Shown here one piece after another: positions 12,831-26,270 of a stretch of DNA of 64,000 nt (its first letter is position 1; the number at the start of each line of letters is the position of its first letter). The DNA is from Eledone cirrhosa. Taxonomy: Eukaryota. Under the pieces are notes generated by a model. It was not told where the DNA came from. It saw only the letters and a program-made list of their open reading frames with translations, and made no database searches. The translations under genes and the position numbers were made by a program. The stretch is from contig OZ024744.1 of the NCBI GenBank assembly GCA_964016885.1, positions 93,248,001-93,312,000 on the forward strand, in the 5' to 3' direction.

Positions 12831-15108
12831 CCCTGTTTGCTCATAATAGTGAGAGATGGATGCAGACTGGGAGTTTTGATTCTTTTGTGTTCATACCTGG
12901 TGTATGTGTTTCATGGATATGATTTTTTTTTATTCATATTTCCTACTTTATTGGTACATAAGATATAATCCAATTGTCAATCCTCTCACTTGATTTATCT
13001 CCCTCTTGCCAGCAGTCTTTCTTTCTTTCACTATTCCCTCCACTACTAACTTCTATTTTCCTATTTAGCTCCCCCTTATCTTTCGTAAACAGATATGTTG
13101 ACTTTAGTCTGCCACAATAGAATGCTTTCTGAAAACTGGTTGATGAACAAAAGGAAACAAGGGGTTTTGAGGTCTTGCTAAATGTCATGCAGGGCTGCCC
13201 TGTGTGGGCCCCCATTTGCTTATAATTGTGAGAGACTGAGTTTGGTTCTTTTGTGTATATGTATGTTTCAAAGCCCAGACTAGAAAAGAATTGTAGGCAC
13301 CATTTTAAGCAGCTCATTAAGTATATGTTGTTCTCTCTACTTGCTAATCTAACATCTATCCTTTCATATTCCTACTACTTTTTATTATTATTGCAGTGCC
13401 ACAGTAACATACACCCAGTACACTTGCTAAAGAATATGACGATAGAAAAGACACCCATGCTAAAATTATAACACAAGAGTGAAACTGACTCTTCCAACCT
13501 ACCCAGGTCAATAGTAGTAGTATTGACTTTAGTCTGCCACAATAGAATGCATTCTGAAAATTGGCTGATGAACAAAAGGAAACAACAAAGGGTTGGGAGG
13601 TCTCTTTAGTCTTGCTAAGTGTCGTGACAACCTTTATTTTTTTCATTGCTGGTATCACAGTACACTTGCTAAAGAATATGATGTTAGGAAAGGCACCTAA
13701 TCATAGAAACCATGCCAAAATTGGAACAGGAGTGAATCTCACTCCTGTTCACCCTACCTAGTAAAGTCAATGTAAAATAATTATTTAAACTGTTATTTCT
13801 TAGTATATATTTCATATATAAAATGGACTGTTCTATGAACATGCGTTAGTGTCTGAACTAAAAGAAGAAATAAACAAAAGAGATTTGTTAGGATTGCCCA
13901 TTTCCCTAACACTACCATCACCATTGATTCAATGCCAGAAAACCCAATTAAAATAACATTCTGAAAAAGAAAAATAATATATATATATATACACACAAAA
14001 AAAAAAAGAAATATACAAATAAGATTTGTTGTAATATTTTATTTATTTATTGTTTGATTGATTTTAGAAGCCTTCAGCAGAAGGGACACTGAGCAGCTGA
14101 GAAAGAGTTAACATGGAATTAAAAATCCAAGTTTTACTATTTAGGATGATTCTATTATTAAAATAATATCCAGAGAAATGAAGAAGAGGAAACATGATAA
14201 AAGAATCTTCCATTAAATGATTTCCAATGAACCTGACAAGGAAATATGATCCAAATAGAGATTGATTATAGACAATGGAAATCCCTCTTTCTCTCTCTCT
14301 CATTGAGAAAATAAACAGTTCTGGTTAGAAAGATCCAGAAACAAGTCTAATATCTTCCGAATAGAAAATGGAAACAATGGTAACTGGAGAAAGACTTGTT
14401 GAAATTGTTGTAGATAAGGTAGACTCAAATGACGAGAGTTTTTGACAGGAAGGAAATAGTGAGACATTAAGAAAAATGTCCAGAAAATATCAGTGTAACA
14501 AACATTTGAAATAGTCTCTGGACTTTGATGAAAGGACAAGAAACTAACACAAGAGAAATGATGGTAAAGAGGAACTATGTTTCAATGAATGCCAGCAAAA
14601 ATATGTTACGGACTTCCTTAAATGGTGGTTGAACAATAAATATGCAGTAGAACCAAAAGATACCAAAAGAAACTTCCATATAATGCAACTCTTAAAAAAA
14701 AGAAAAACCCTAAACAAAGGCAGGGTCATTCTCAAAAAGTTACACAAAAGATACCACTTTCCAGATAGCCAGAGTTAATACCCAAATACTGGTGATGAGA
14801 GATAGTTTAACGGGAAAAATGAAACTAAGATTGATTGGTAATGATAAATGTTACAATGATTTATAAATAACTCCAGAGTTATAGAGATTGAGTAGCTAGC
14901 ATAAGTTATTGATTAAAAATTGACACTAGTGTCAGGTTTCAGTCAGCAGAACTTGAAAATGTATTTAGATGGAGCTAATGTCAGAACTGACCATTATTAC
15001 TAACAAATATATATATATAGGAAGTAGAATAGTTTAAATTTCAGAAATTACAATATAAACAAAAAAATAACCACAAGATATCTTTTTATTGGAATAGAGA
15101 TTTGGACA

Positions 15109-16925
15109 TCACCCAAATGGCAACACCAACATTGCCAGGGGACATCGTAAAGGATAACAGATAGTGCTAAGGGTTATCAGAAGTAACTGGGAGTCACATG
15201 TGCCAAGAGACACACTCCAAATAGTAAGGGAAACACTGTAAGAAGAAGAGCTAGCTAGAGGATGTCCCACAAGATCAACACAACACTGGGACAGTGTCAA
15301 GGGGTCATGCCCAAAATGGTAACAAAAGAAGAAGAAAAAAAACGAAGCTTCAGGACTTTCATATGTAGTAAGAGAAAATCGAATACAACTGAAGAACACT
15401 AAAACAATACAATAGAACTCTGCCAGGGGTAGCCCCAAATGGCAACAGTAAATTTGCCAGGGGACATCCCCAAATGGCAGGAATAAATTTGCCAGGGGAC
15501 AACCCCAAATGGCACCAGTAAACATGCCAGAGGTCATTCCCAAATGGCAGCAGTAAATTTGCCAGGGGACACCCCCAAATGGCCCTAGTAAATGTGCACC
15601 CAGAAAAGCAAAATACTCATCAAATAATAGTTAAATCAAAATCACAATATTTTAAGATACCATTCAAAACTATACATACGGGACAAATATTGCTAGAGGA
15701 CTAACCCAAATAGTGAAAGGTTCTAGATATAGTTGAGAAAAAACAATACCAGGGAGGTATATCTCCAGATGGCAAAAGAAATATATTATAACCAGGGGAA
15801 CATCTCTAAATGGTTGGTAAGAGGAACTAGATATAGACCAGAGATAATAGCACCAAGGGGACATAATAAATGGCAAGAAAATAAGACCAGGGGAATATCC
15901 CCAAATGGCAAGAGAAAATAATACCAGGGGGTAACCCCCAAATGGTAAGAGGGACAAGACAGAATAGAGAAATTAGTACCAGGGTAATATACCCAAATGG
16001 TAACAGAAAATAAAACCAGGGGGTTTACCCCCAAATGGTAAGAGGAACAAGACAGAATAAAGAAACTAGTACCAGGGTAATATACCCAAATGGAACTAGA
16101 TGTAAAGCCAGAGAAAGAGTGCCAGGGGTACAACCCCAAATGACAAGAGAAATAAATATTTAGATAAAAAAAACAAGGAAAACAGTACCAGGACGGGGGA
16201 CATGTTCAACATTGTTAAAAAGAAATTAGATATTGATATAAATAATGCCAGGGGACATTGCCCCCAAATGGCAAGAGACAGGTACAAACCAGAGCAATAA
16301 TAATTGCCAGAGGAAACATCCCCCAAATGGCAAGTAGAATTAGATACACATAAGAGAAATGTAGCACCAAGGGTACATACAGAAATGGTAAGAACTAGAT
16401 ATAGATCAGAAATAAGGGAGCATATCCATATAGCAAGAGAAATAGATAATTCTAGGAGTTATCCCCAGAAGAAAGGAGACAGAATAACAAGAGGAATTGA
16501 GCAAAAGAATTAAATAGGGCCAGGGGATATCCCCAAATGGCATAAGAAATACCAGGGGATAACCCCAAATGGCTGATATCTCCAAATAGCAAAGAAAATA
16601 CCAGGGAATATAACCAAATGGCAAAATAAATACCATGGAATATCCCCAAATGGCAAAGGAAATAAATAGAGCCAGGGGTTTTTAATTGCAAATGGCAACA
16701 GACTAAATAAATACCAGGGGATATCCCCAAAATGGCAACAAAATAAATAGGGCCAGGGGATAACCCCAAATGGCAACACAATAAATAGTACCAGAGAGTA
16801 TCCCCAAATGGCAACACAATAAATTGTACCAGGGGGTATCCCCAAATGGCAACACAATAGAGCCAGGGGATATCCCCAAATGGCAAAGGAAATAAATAGT
16901 ACCAGGAGGTATACCCAAATGGCAA
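15109..16925 (+). repeat. Array of ~30 conserved dyad motifs CCAGGGGATATCCCCAAATGGCA with variable A-rich spacers
   Basis: Regular ~35-bp period at 15421-15595 and ~32-41 bp at 16519-16925; more diverged between; A-run at ~16924-16942. Confidence 0.9.
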
Positions 16926-19900
16926 ATAAAAAAAAAAAAAAAGGGATGATAAAATTGTTTCAATATTATAGAAAAAAACAAATTTTTTAACTGAAATTAT
17001 GAAACACCCAGAACAGGATAGTGAATGATGATGATGATGATGATGATGATGAATACAAATTGATTTTGAAGAGGAGCTTCTAATAAATGAAGATCATACA
17101 CATACAAATTGTTTTTTTTTATATGTGTAATTCAAACTAAGGGGTTTGAGAAAGATTAAAAAGTAATGATTCTAGAATAAACCAATTGAGCAAGTCATGG
17201 TCATCAGACCAGGTTCGTCTCACAACGGGGCAACCCGTCTAATATAAACTAGCATGGAAAATGGACGTTAAATGATAACGATGATGAATTCATGGGGAGA
17301 AAATTAATTATACTGCCAGAATTTTTCAATGCTATATTATTATTTTTTAAAGAAACATGAGATCAAAATTTTCTGTAAATTGGTGAAAGAGAATGATGTA
17401 TGATGTATGATATTTTTACATTGCACAAAATGTTGAGATGATAATTTTCTTTGTCTTTTCATCTTCATAATAACTATTTCTTAAAATATTTCAAATGTTC
17501 TGAAAAGTAGTTTTGTCAATGTAGACAATTGTCGATTCAATAATAAACCGAAAAAAAAAAAATGGTAATTCAAGAAAAAAATAATAATAAATAACATTCA
17601 AAATAGTATAGTTGTTATAAATAAGAAAAATAATAGCATAGTTAATAAATTCTCAAAATTAAAATAAAAAAATAATTAAATGCGCATTTAATTAAACATT
17701 AAATAGAATATAATAATTTTGTGTATACCAGTAAAAAATATATTTTGATCAATAAAACAAAAAAATAATAATAAAAGTGTACAATTCCACAATAAAAAAG
17801 GAATATTTAAAAATATTCTTTTTTTTAAAAAAAGGCCTTTTTTTAATCGAATATTTAAAAATTGTTTTGATATAAATATGAAAATAAAATACGTTGTATT
17901 TTTCAAAAATTCTTTGTTTTAAAATGAACTTTTCTGTACATTTTTGGTTGATTTCGGTAAAGAATAACATCTACATCAGAATCATCAAAATTCACAGAAT
18001 AAAGCATTCTTTAACCACGCTGAGAATAACTGTGGAAAAAGGTTAGAATACAGCAAAACAAGTTGGCTTAATATCCTTGGATAATATAAATTATAAAACT
18101 TGAGTTGAGTGTAAGGATCTCAAGTATTTCAGTTTTTTCTATTTTTTTCTTTCTTTTTCTTCTTTTAATTTTCTGGAATCTCAGAAAAGTATTTCTGGCA
18201 GTATGTTTGCGAAATATAGATTTCTAACATAAGCACAAGGTCGTACATTTGAAAAGGGGAGTGGGAAGGGAGATATAGTCGATTAAATTGACACCAGTAT
18301 TTGACTGGTACCTTTATTTTCATCAAAAACTGGAAAGATGGACCTCAATTGGATTTGAATAGAGTTTTAAATCCATGCCAGCAGCTTAGAAAATAAATGA
18401 AAAACAGTGATGATGATGATGAAGAAGATGAAGATATGGTGATGATGATGATGATGATGATGATGAAAATATGGTGGCAATGAATGTAAAGGGCCGCAAC
18501 TAAATACCACAAGGCATTTTGTCCGGCACAACTAATAATAGGAATAATGATGTTTGATAAAGGAGGAATGCCAAGAAAAGCAGGCTCAAATGGAGGGTGA
18601 TCAGAATGAAATGATGAAGAGAGAATATGAATGAAAACAATAACAAAAAACATCAACAAAAAGCATAGCTTTAAAATATGTTACAATGTTATACTTTTTT
18701 GTTGTTGTTTAATGTTATTGTTATCTTTAGGTAAAACTGGATTAAAATGAATCCATGGCAACATAGTAACTTTAAAGTCAGCAGAAATTTATTTAAAGAT
18801 GTTGCTTTAAAGTTACTATATTATTTATTACAAGAGATGTACAGACAAGGCTGTGCAGTTTAGAAGTTCAGTTTAGTCCAGTTCAGTACAACGCGTTTCC
18901 CGACATAACACCTGGGGCAAGTGTCTTCTACCCTAACCTTATTTTGACCAATGTTTTATGTGTGAAATTTAGTTGGAAACCCACCAAGTCTATATATGTT
19001 TATGTATGTATGTATGTATGTTTGTTTGTGTGCGTGTGAAATGTATGTATGGTCACTCATGAGAACTACTAGCAACAATCCAATATAGCTTGTCAAATAC
19101 ATGTTCGGGCCGTTGTTGACTGAACCAGCACCCTCACCAGCCTGGCCTAGCGAAGGGAAGTCTCTAGAATCCCAGAAGGAGAAAACCCAATATCAGTCGA
19201 AACAGGGACAGCAACTATCTAGCAGCAGCACAGAAACTTATGAATTCCAGGGTAATGTCTGGTGAGCTGTAAAACCAGTGGGAATGGGCACCCCACTTAT
19301 GCTTTCGTCAAAGCCTGTACTTAGGGGGTGACTGATATATGAAATCCATTATGCATGGAGTAATCTTAAAGTTGGGGATATTCAAATGAAGATAACAATA
19401 TTCCATCCCTTCCAACACCTTCAAATCTATAATTTTTATTGTCACCAGATATCTTGCCTTGCATTGTCTCTGGGTCATACCATTAGATTTGGGAGGGTCC
19501 ACCAGGCATTGTGCAAGCCTTATTGGACCTAAAACTTCATTGCAGAATTGTTTTCAATAAATGGGTCTCCATTGATATAATTAGACAGTTGTCTTGTATG
19601 TATGCATGTGATGTATATATGTATGCATGTATGTATATACCAGCAAAAGCTGTAGACACTAGCAAGAAAACCAGTGCCTCCAAACAAACGTGTTTGTTCT
19701 GCCAAGTTGCACAGATGCTCCATTGGGAATTTAACCACAAATCTAAAGAACTTGTGATTAGCTTCCAATCAATAAAATGTGATATCAAATTTAATTAATA
19801 AATAAAAGTTAACAAGAGAACCCTTATTTTAGAAATTTTGCTATGATTCTCTTTTCTTCAAAATGGAAGCTTGTGATGTTAAATTAAAGGTACTGAACAC

Positions 19901-21784
19901 AAGAGTTCAGATATAGCCATTACATTATATTTATTTAAATCTATCATGCTGCCTAACAGAGCAAATCTTCCACATTTTAAAAGCTAACGCTAACTCTAAA
20001 ACTAATCCCTTAATAATAATTCACAGAGAATTAACTTGTTAGTTATTAGTGTGAAAGGGATGTGGAGTATATATGATCTTATATTAATACACACTCTCAA
20101 ACACTTAAGTTATAGAAAATTATACTTTGAGAGAGATAAAATTACATCATTTAACTAAAAACTACTATCTTTCTTTCTTTCTAAAAGAAAACATAACTAT
20201 GGAATATCTGCAGAATGTGTCTATGAATCACAAGAAATACTAAATAGAAGATGTAATTATATCATAACTAACTAACAAAACTACTATAATTACTACTTAG
20301 TAATTAATGCTATTACTAATGATTAAAATATCATGAGAGAACAATGAGATTTTCTATCTAAAGTTTCCTAAATAAAAAATTTAAAAATCTCATTTTCTTC
20401 TTAATCACAATTTAATTGAAAACTATACTAAACAATGATTCTTAGACAAGCAGATATGTTTTCAACAAACTTATTAAAACTCCTAATCTAATTTTTTAAA
20501 TCATATCTGCAGTTCTTGATTTGTACTCTTCTATCTGCTATATTGATAATAATAAAAAAAGTAAAAAAATAGGAAAGAAAGAAAAAAGAAGATTTCTCTG
20601 CATTTTCATATAAATTATTCTGATTCTGTACTGCACACCACATCTTCAATCAACCTGCTTTCAGGTTTCTGAAAGTATACAGAGAGAACTTCAGAAAAAA
20701 GCATTCACCATCGACCTTTTTTTCTCTTTTTTCCTAATTATACTAAAAATTTACATATTTATTTATTTTAGTAAAAAAAAAAAATATTTGGTAAAATTTA
20801 CCAAATTTGTAATGGAAATTAACTAGAAATATATTTTATATTAAATAAATTTAAGAAGTGTATTTTAATAAAATACTTATAGTTATTTTAATAAAATACT
20901 TATAGTTATTTTAAAAACTAAATAATGATAATAATATAGCTATTTTAAAAACTATAGTAATAAATAAATAATAGTAATTAATAGTAATAAATAAATAATA
21001 ATTATAATCAGAGGTTACTCCCTGATACCATGAGCTTCTTTCTTACTGGCACCAGGAACCTCGAACTCGAACCTGCTCTGGTTTTCTTCCGACAATAACT
21101 CGAGCACTAATTTGAATCAATATGTGAAAACACATATCTGTAAAGACACAAAAGTAATGTTATACCTCATCCAAGACAATTTTGTCAATATATCCTGAAA
21201 AAGAAGGAACCTGAAAGAGAATTTTGTTTGAATCATTGTGTGTATGTAAATTTGTATTGTTGTTATCTTTTTTTTTTTTTGATTTTGATTAGAGCTGAAA
21301 AGGAAAAATTTTTCAGATTAGTATTTCACTCAAAGGATATAGTCGCCCGGACGGTAATGTTCAGGCGTTCCAAAATTCCTTAAAAAATGGAAAACAGAAA
21401 TCTCCAATGAAAATATGCCAATAATTAATTCCTGATTAGAAATTAGAATATTGACAGATTTATCAATAAAAGATTCCATTTTATTACTCCTGATTAGGTG
21501 GTACTCCGAGTAGGTGGCATCCATTTTCCATGGAATTTTTTTTTTTATATATAAGAGGATAATATAAAGCAGGGGGCGTGGGGTGGTGTGGTCTAGAGTA
21601 AAATTTTTGAAGTTTCAGCATTGTCACCTGAAAAAGAAAAACAAGAAAAGAAAATTTAGATTGAGAAGAATGGAATGTAAAATAGGAAAATATAGAAGAA
21701 AAAGAAAATGGAAAAAAAAAAGGAATGGCAAGGACTCTACTGTCACAGAAGAATGAAGAAAGGTTGAAATGTTTTTTGATTGGG

Positions 21785-21965
21785 CTCTGAGCCAGTGACA
21801 CCCGCTGCAACAGCCACCCCACCTCGTAGGGCTCCTTCCTCAGACGGGCCACCAACATTCCGACATGGCAGAAAAATTTGACTGTACAGGGTCCAAGTAT
21901 ACCTGAGGTCTCGACAGTGACCGGTGCAAAGAGGAAACAGCCAGACAGTCCCCGGTATTTGTTTA
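21785..21965 (-). pseudogene. CRE-clade LINE 3' fragment (RLE domain)
   Basis: KYRGLSGCFLFAPVTVETSGILGP...EPYEVGWLLQRVSLA. Confidence 0.7.
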
Positions 21966-22589
21966 TTTTAAAAGAAATATTTAAAATTTCATTCATAGCT
22001 TTTATTTCAATATTTTAATTCTTTGCTAATAACTTAGTAAAATAGATAGTGAACTCATTAAATAATAAAGATGTCTTGTGTCCAGATTTAAGAATGATTT
22101 TAAAAAAAGAAATATTGTATATAATATCGTTTAATGTACATTTTCCACACTAGGATGGGTTAGATGGATTGTCTCGTTTAAGGCAAGACAGGCCAGGTGA
22201 CTGTGTCTTGCTCATATAGAACTGTTTCTGGCTAGGTTTCTATGGCTGGATGCCCTTCCTAATGCATTTACAGTGTGGGTTGGGTGTTTTTTGTTGCGCT
22301 AGCCACTTTACAGTGTGGACTGGGTGCTTTTTGTCATGACACCTACACAATCACTTTACAGTGCGGGGTGGATGCTTTTGATAAATTAAAAAGTCAATCT
22401 CGTTAAAATTAAGACACCAAACGAGATATGCCTAATGAAAATATGTTGCGTATATTCAATGTTAAGAAGTGTATTTTAATAACATGCAAGGAGTTGAGTA
22501 TGTGTGTATATGCATGATGTCCAAACTAGTATCCTCCACCTCCAACTAACTTACTCTCTACCTGATGATCCTGGCCGACAGGATGGAGA

Positions 22590-22780
22590 ATACATTGCCT
22601 CAGAGGACAGTGAGGGTGATGTGCTGGAACAGCCACTCCACCTCATACCTCCGCTCTAATAGCAGTGAGCAGGGATCTGGTCCGGGGGATCTAAGAACGC
22701 CAAAAGTCTCCACTGCTACAGGCTCACCCACAAACCTATCAGAGAGTGGCCAATACTTGGAAGTTTGCCCTGCAGACTAG
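22590..22780 (-). pseudogene. CRE-clade LINE 3' fragment
   Basis: Minus strand reads KYWPLSDRFVGEPVAVETFGVL; homologous to 12540-12610. Confidence 0.6.
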
Positions 22781-22789
22781 TTTCAATAA

Positions 22790-22992
22790 CCCTTTAGCAT
22801 TTACATTACTCTATATATACTATTGTATTTTCATGGTAAAGGCTTTACCTCACATATCAAATCTATGAGGATTTTGATAGTATTTATTTTGAGAAAAATA
22901 CCTTAATATCAGTATGAGCAGTCAGTTATGGTTGGTTTGAACAGAAAGAGGAGAGAATTCTGGCCAGATACGGCCGGTTTAAATGCTAATGG
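22790..22992. mobile_element. piggyBac-type MITE
   Basis: CCCTTTAGCATTTA...TAAATGCTAATGG|TTAA; inverted homologue of 59742-59949. Confidence 0.7.
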
Positions 22993-23184
22993 TTAAAGCA
23001 ATTGAGTGCAATGATTAAATATCTCAGCTCCTGCTGACCCTTGTTTATAATGCTTCAGAGAAGTTTTTAGCAACATTTGAACTTACAACAAAGAAAGCCA
23101 TTTTACCATTTCCTACACCTCTTCTATGAAGTAGAAAGTCAACAAATTACTCAGAGAGTACATCTTTCATTATTACTTCCATTA

Positions 23185-23395
23185 GGGCAATGGACTGGCA
23201 GAATCAGTAGAGCGTAGGACAACATGCTTTGCGGTGTGTAGTTACAAACCTCTATATTCTGAGTTCAAATCACGCCATGGTTAGCTTTGCTTTTCATCCT
23301 TACGGGGTCGATAAAATAAAATACCAGTAATACATTGAGGTCAGTATAATCGACTTCAAATTGCTAGCCATATGCCAATTGTAGAAACGATTATT
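23185..23395 (+). mobile_element. tRNA-derived SINE, family 1
   Basis: A box TGGCAGAATCAGTAG, B box GAGTTCAAATC, core TTGCTTTTCATCCTTACGGGGTCGATAAAATAAA. More than 15 copies in the window, e.g. 26365+, 26760-, 27430+, 30660-31345- (several), 35240-, 42500+, 44605-. Confidence 0.8.
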
Positions 23396-24119
23396 ACTTC
23401 TGCTAAAACAACGAGGTCAAATGAGATTGAAACAAGCCTTGAGTTGTCTTCCTTAGACTAATGATTAAAATACTATTAGTTATTGAGCAAATGTTCTCTT
23501 CCATTTTGCATATCATCATCATCGTTTAACATCCATTTTCCATGTTGGTCTAAGTTGGATGGTCCTGACATGATTACTTTGCTTTGATACCCTTCCTAAT
23601 GCCAACCTCTTTACACGGTACTGGTGCATTTATGCATGGAACCACCACAAATATTTCTAATTTGATTTCTGATACTAACTATATGAAAATATTGTTAACA
23701 CAGACTTATTTAAAAAGTCAATATCAAAATATTTAATAGATAACATGCATCAAAAATCCATATATAGTTATGCATAGCAGAGCAGAAAAATCAGCATTAG
23801 CAAACATTTGGGTAAGCAAAGGAGGCAACTCCTTACATGTTTCATTATTATTAGATCTCCTCAGCAAGCAGACTTCAAAGTACTTACCAAAATAGTAAAT
23901 GAATCACTAAATAAATGTACAATACTAGAAGACAAAAAAATAAATAGTATATTTAAATATTAAATCACTGAGTTTAACTCTTAACATCCTGTACTGCACC
24001 AAAACACAATAGCAAGACATACAAATAGCAACACTTGGATTTGAGAGCAGATAGGTGTGAAGGATGTAATCAAGACCGCCAAGGGTAAATATAGGTGAGC
24101 TGGCCACGTCTCTCATTTC

Positions 24120-24300
24120 AGAGACAACAGTTGGACTATTAGAATGATCGAATAGACACCAAGGCAGTGGAGAAGAACCAGAGAGCAGCCAAAAGCCAGA
24201 TGGCACAATGATCTGACCTGATACCTCAGCCCCAAATGGCCAGAGATAGGAAGCGATGGAGGTCAACCAGGGAGTGGCTCCTCCAACAGGAGTGAGAGGC
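24120..24300 (+). pseudogene. RTE-like LINE C-terminal fragment
   Basis: WTIRMIE*TPRQWRRTREQPKARWHNDL resembles the RTE W.P...R..GRP..RW.DD motif. Confidence 0.5.
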
Positions 24301-24343
24301 CCTGGATTTTGGAAGAATATTTTGCTTTTAAAAATGTTTGTAA

Positions 24344-24949
24344 TCTATATATATAAAACTGAGGATGTCTGTCTGTGAGTTTTAATCCCTAAAACTCGAG
24401 AAGTACCCAACCAATTTTTTTCAAACTTTACATGTGTATTACGTTTCAGGGAGTGTTATGCACATAAAAAATTCAACTCTTTGGTCCCCTAGGACGCCAC
24501 ATTAGGTGAAAAACTGCGTTTTTTCCAGCTTTTTAGGGGTTTTTTTGAGGCGTTACATCAAACCGATTTCCTTGAAATTGTAACTATGTATTAGTCAGTC
24601 TCTTCTTCATACCGTGAGCGAAGAAAATCCAACTTTTTTATGGCCTAGAGCCCGCATTAGGTGAAAAACTTCATTTTTTCAGCTTTTTAGGGCTAGCCGA
24701 TTTTCCCGAAATTTCAAGGCATATTATGCACATAAAAAAAAATAATTTTCTTCCTAGGGCTCGCATTAGGTGAAAACCTGCATTTTTCCTGCTTCATCAA
24801 GGAAAATCTTATAGATTATCCAACCATCAGAGTATTCGGTTTATTTTCTTTACATATTGTCCAGGCATGCAGTTTTTCCACGATTAGGTCTGTTGGCGGC
24901 CTGCGTTCCAAAATACCTTATACTGTGCAACGCCGGATACCACTGCTAG
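24344..24949 (+). mobile_element. Non-autonomous Helitron
   Basis: A|TCTATATATATAAAACTGAGGATGTCTGTCTG ... GCAACGCCGGATACCACTGCTAG|T; internal repeats CATTAGGTGAAAA x3. Confidence 0.88.
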
Positions 24950-25539
24950 TTTATGATAAAGTTTGTTACTAATTGCATTTAATTTATTAATATCTTTTAC
25001 TACTCTTCCTACAGAACCTTCCATAACAGGCCCAGTGGAACATGGTCATATGCTTTTTTGAGCTCTAGGAAACAAGTATACACCTTTTGGCAATACTCCC
25101 ATGATTTCTCAAAGATCTGCTGCAGTGTGAATATTTGGTCAGCTGTGCTGTGTCCAAGACGAAAACAACACAGTTCATCAGCTAGCTGGACTCTATACCT
25201 ACAGCTTTTTGCCAGACACTTAACAGACTTTACTAGGGAGTCTCCAAGAGATTAACTATCCCTCCCAGATGTATCTCATGTACATCAGAAGATGCTGTTG
25301 TGACCGGGCTCAGGAGATCAGCAAAGTATTCTCTCCATCTCATGAAGATGTACCTATCTAAAGGGAGAGGAACCCTGATACATTCCAGATAGGTGTGGAG
25401 GTGGACTTATTACAAAGTCAGCGGATGGTCTGCCAGAACACTTTATTTGCTGATCTGAAGTTAGATTACAGCTTAACCCCAAAGTCCTCCCATGTCTTAA
25501 ATTTGGACGCTTTTACTGCATCTGCTGCATATAGGATCG

Positions 25540-26270
25540 ATGGATAAACTTTTGTTGCCCTGATGTCTCTACATGAATGCCTTAGTATTTGTGTTCAGAT
25601 AAATGGTGCTAAATCAAAACTTGATAGGTTTGATGCTGAGTGCTGCATGGCTGGAATGAAAATCAGTGCTGCAAAAACTGAGACACTCGTCCTCTCAAGG
25701 AAGCCTGTGCAGTGCACTCTACATGTGAATGGAGTCCCATTGAAGCAGGTGGAGAAGTTCAAGTATCTCAGAGCCATGTTCATGAGTGATGGAAGGCAGG
25801 ACGCTGAATTAAGTGCATTACTGCGCCAGCTCCAGCATTCAGTCAGCAGAAGAAGGGAAGTAGGTGTTCAAGCCAAACTCACAATCTTCAATTAGGTATC
25901 TGTGCCAATCCTTACCTATGATCAAGTATCTTGGGCAATGACCAAAATATCGCAAATAAAAGTGGCTGAAAAGGGGTTCCTCTGAAGCATCTTTGGAGTA
26001 CTGTTACTCAATAGAGTGCATAGCTCGGAGATCAGAGTTGGTCCAGGCAAAGCCACTATTTCTCCAAATTGACAGATCACAGTTCCTTTGCTGTGGGCAT
26101 GTGGTTAGAATGTCTCAGGAAAGAATTAGACATATTTTATAGGCAAAGCCAGCCAGTAGGATACACAGGGATAGACTATGAGCAAGGTCTTGTTTGGCGA
26201 TCCAGTCGGATCAACAGAAGATGCTTGCTTCCGACAGGACCCACTGGAAGGTGTGCTTGAGGACTCTGCC
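25540..26270 (+). pseudogene. RTE-type LINE reverse transcriptase C-terminal fragment
   Basis: GMKISAAKTETLVL...NGVPLKQVEKFKYL...KLTIFN...VPILTY. Confidence 0.8.

Noticed and set aside
13565-13590. CTGATGAACAAAAGGAAAC as a hammerhead
   Set aside because: No stem II or stem I pairing, and the duplicate at ~13140 reads TTGATGA; it is a local duplication only.
15109-16925. CRISPR array call
   Set aside because: Eukaryotic context, no cas genes, degenerate repeats, and spacers that are short, A-rich and related to each other.
15109-16981. Minus-strand ORFs with CHLG/PFGD/AIWG repeats
   Set aside because: They appear in all three frames as translations of the DNA repeat; unit lengths do not preserve frame.
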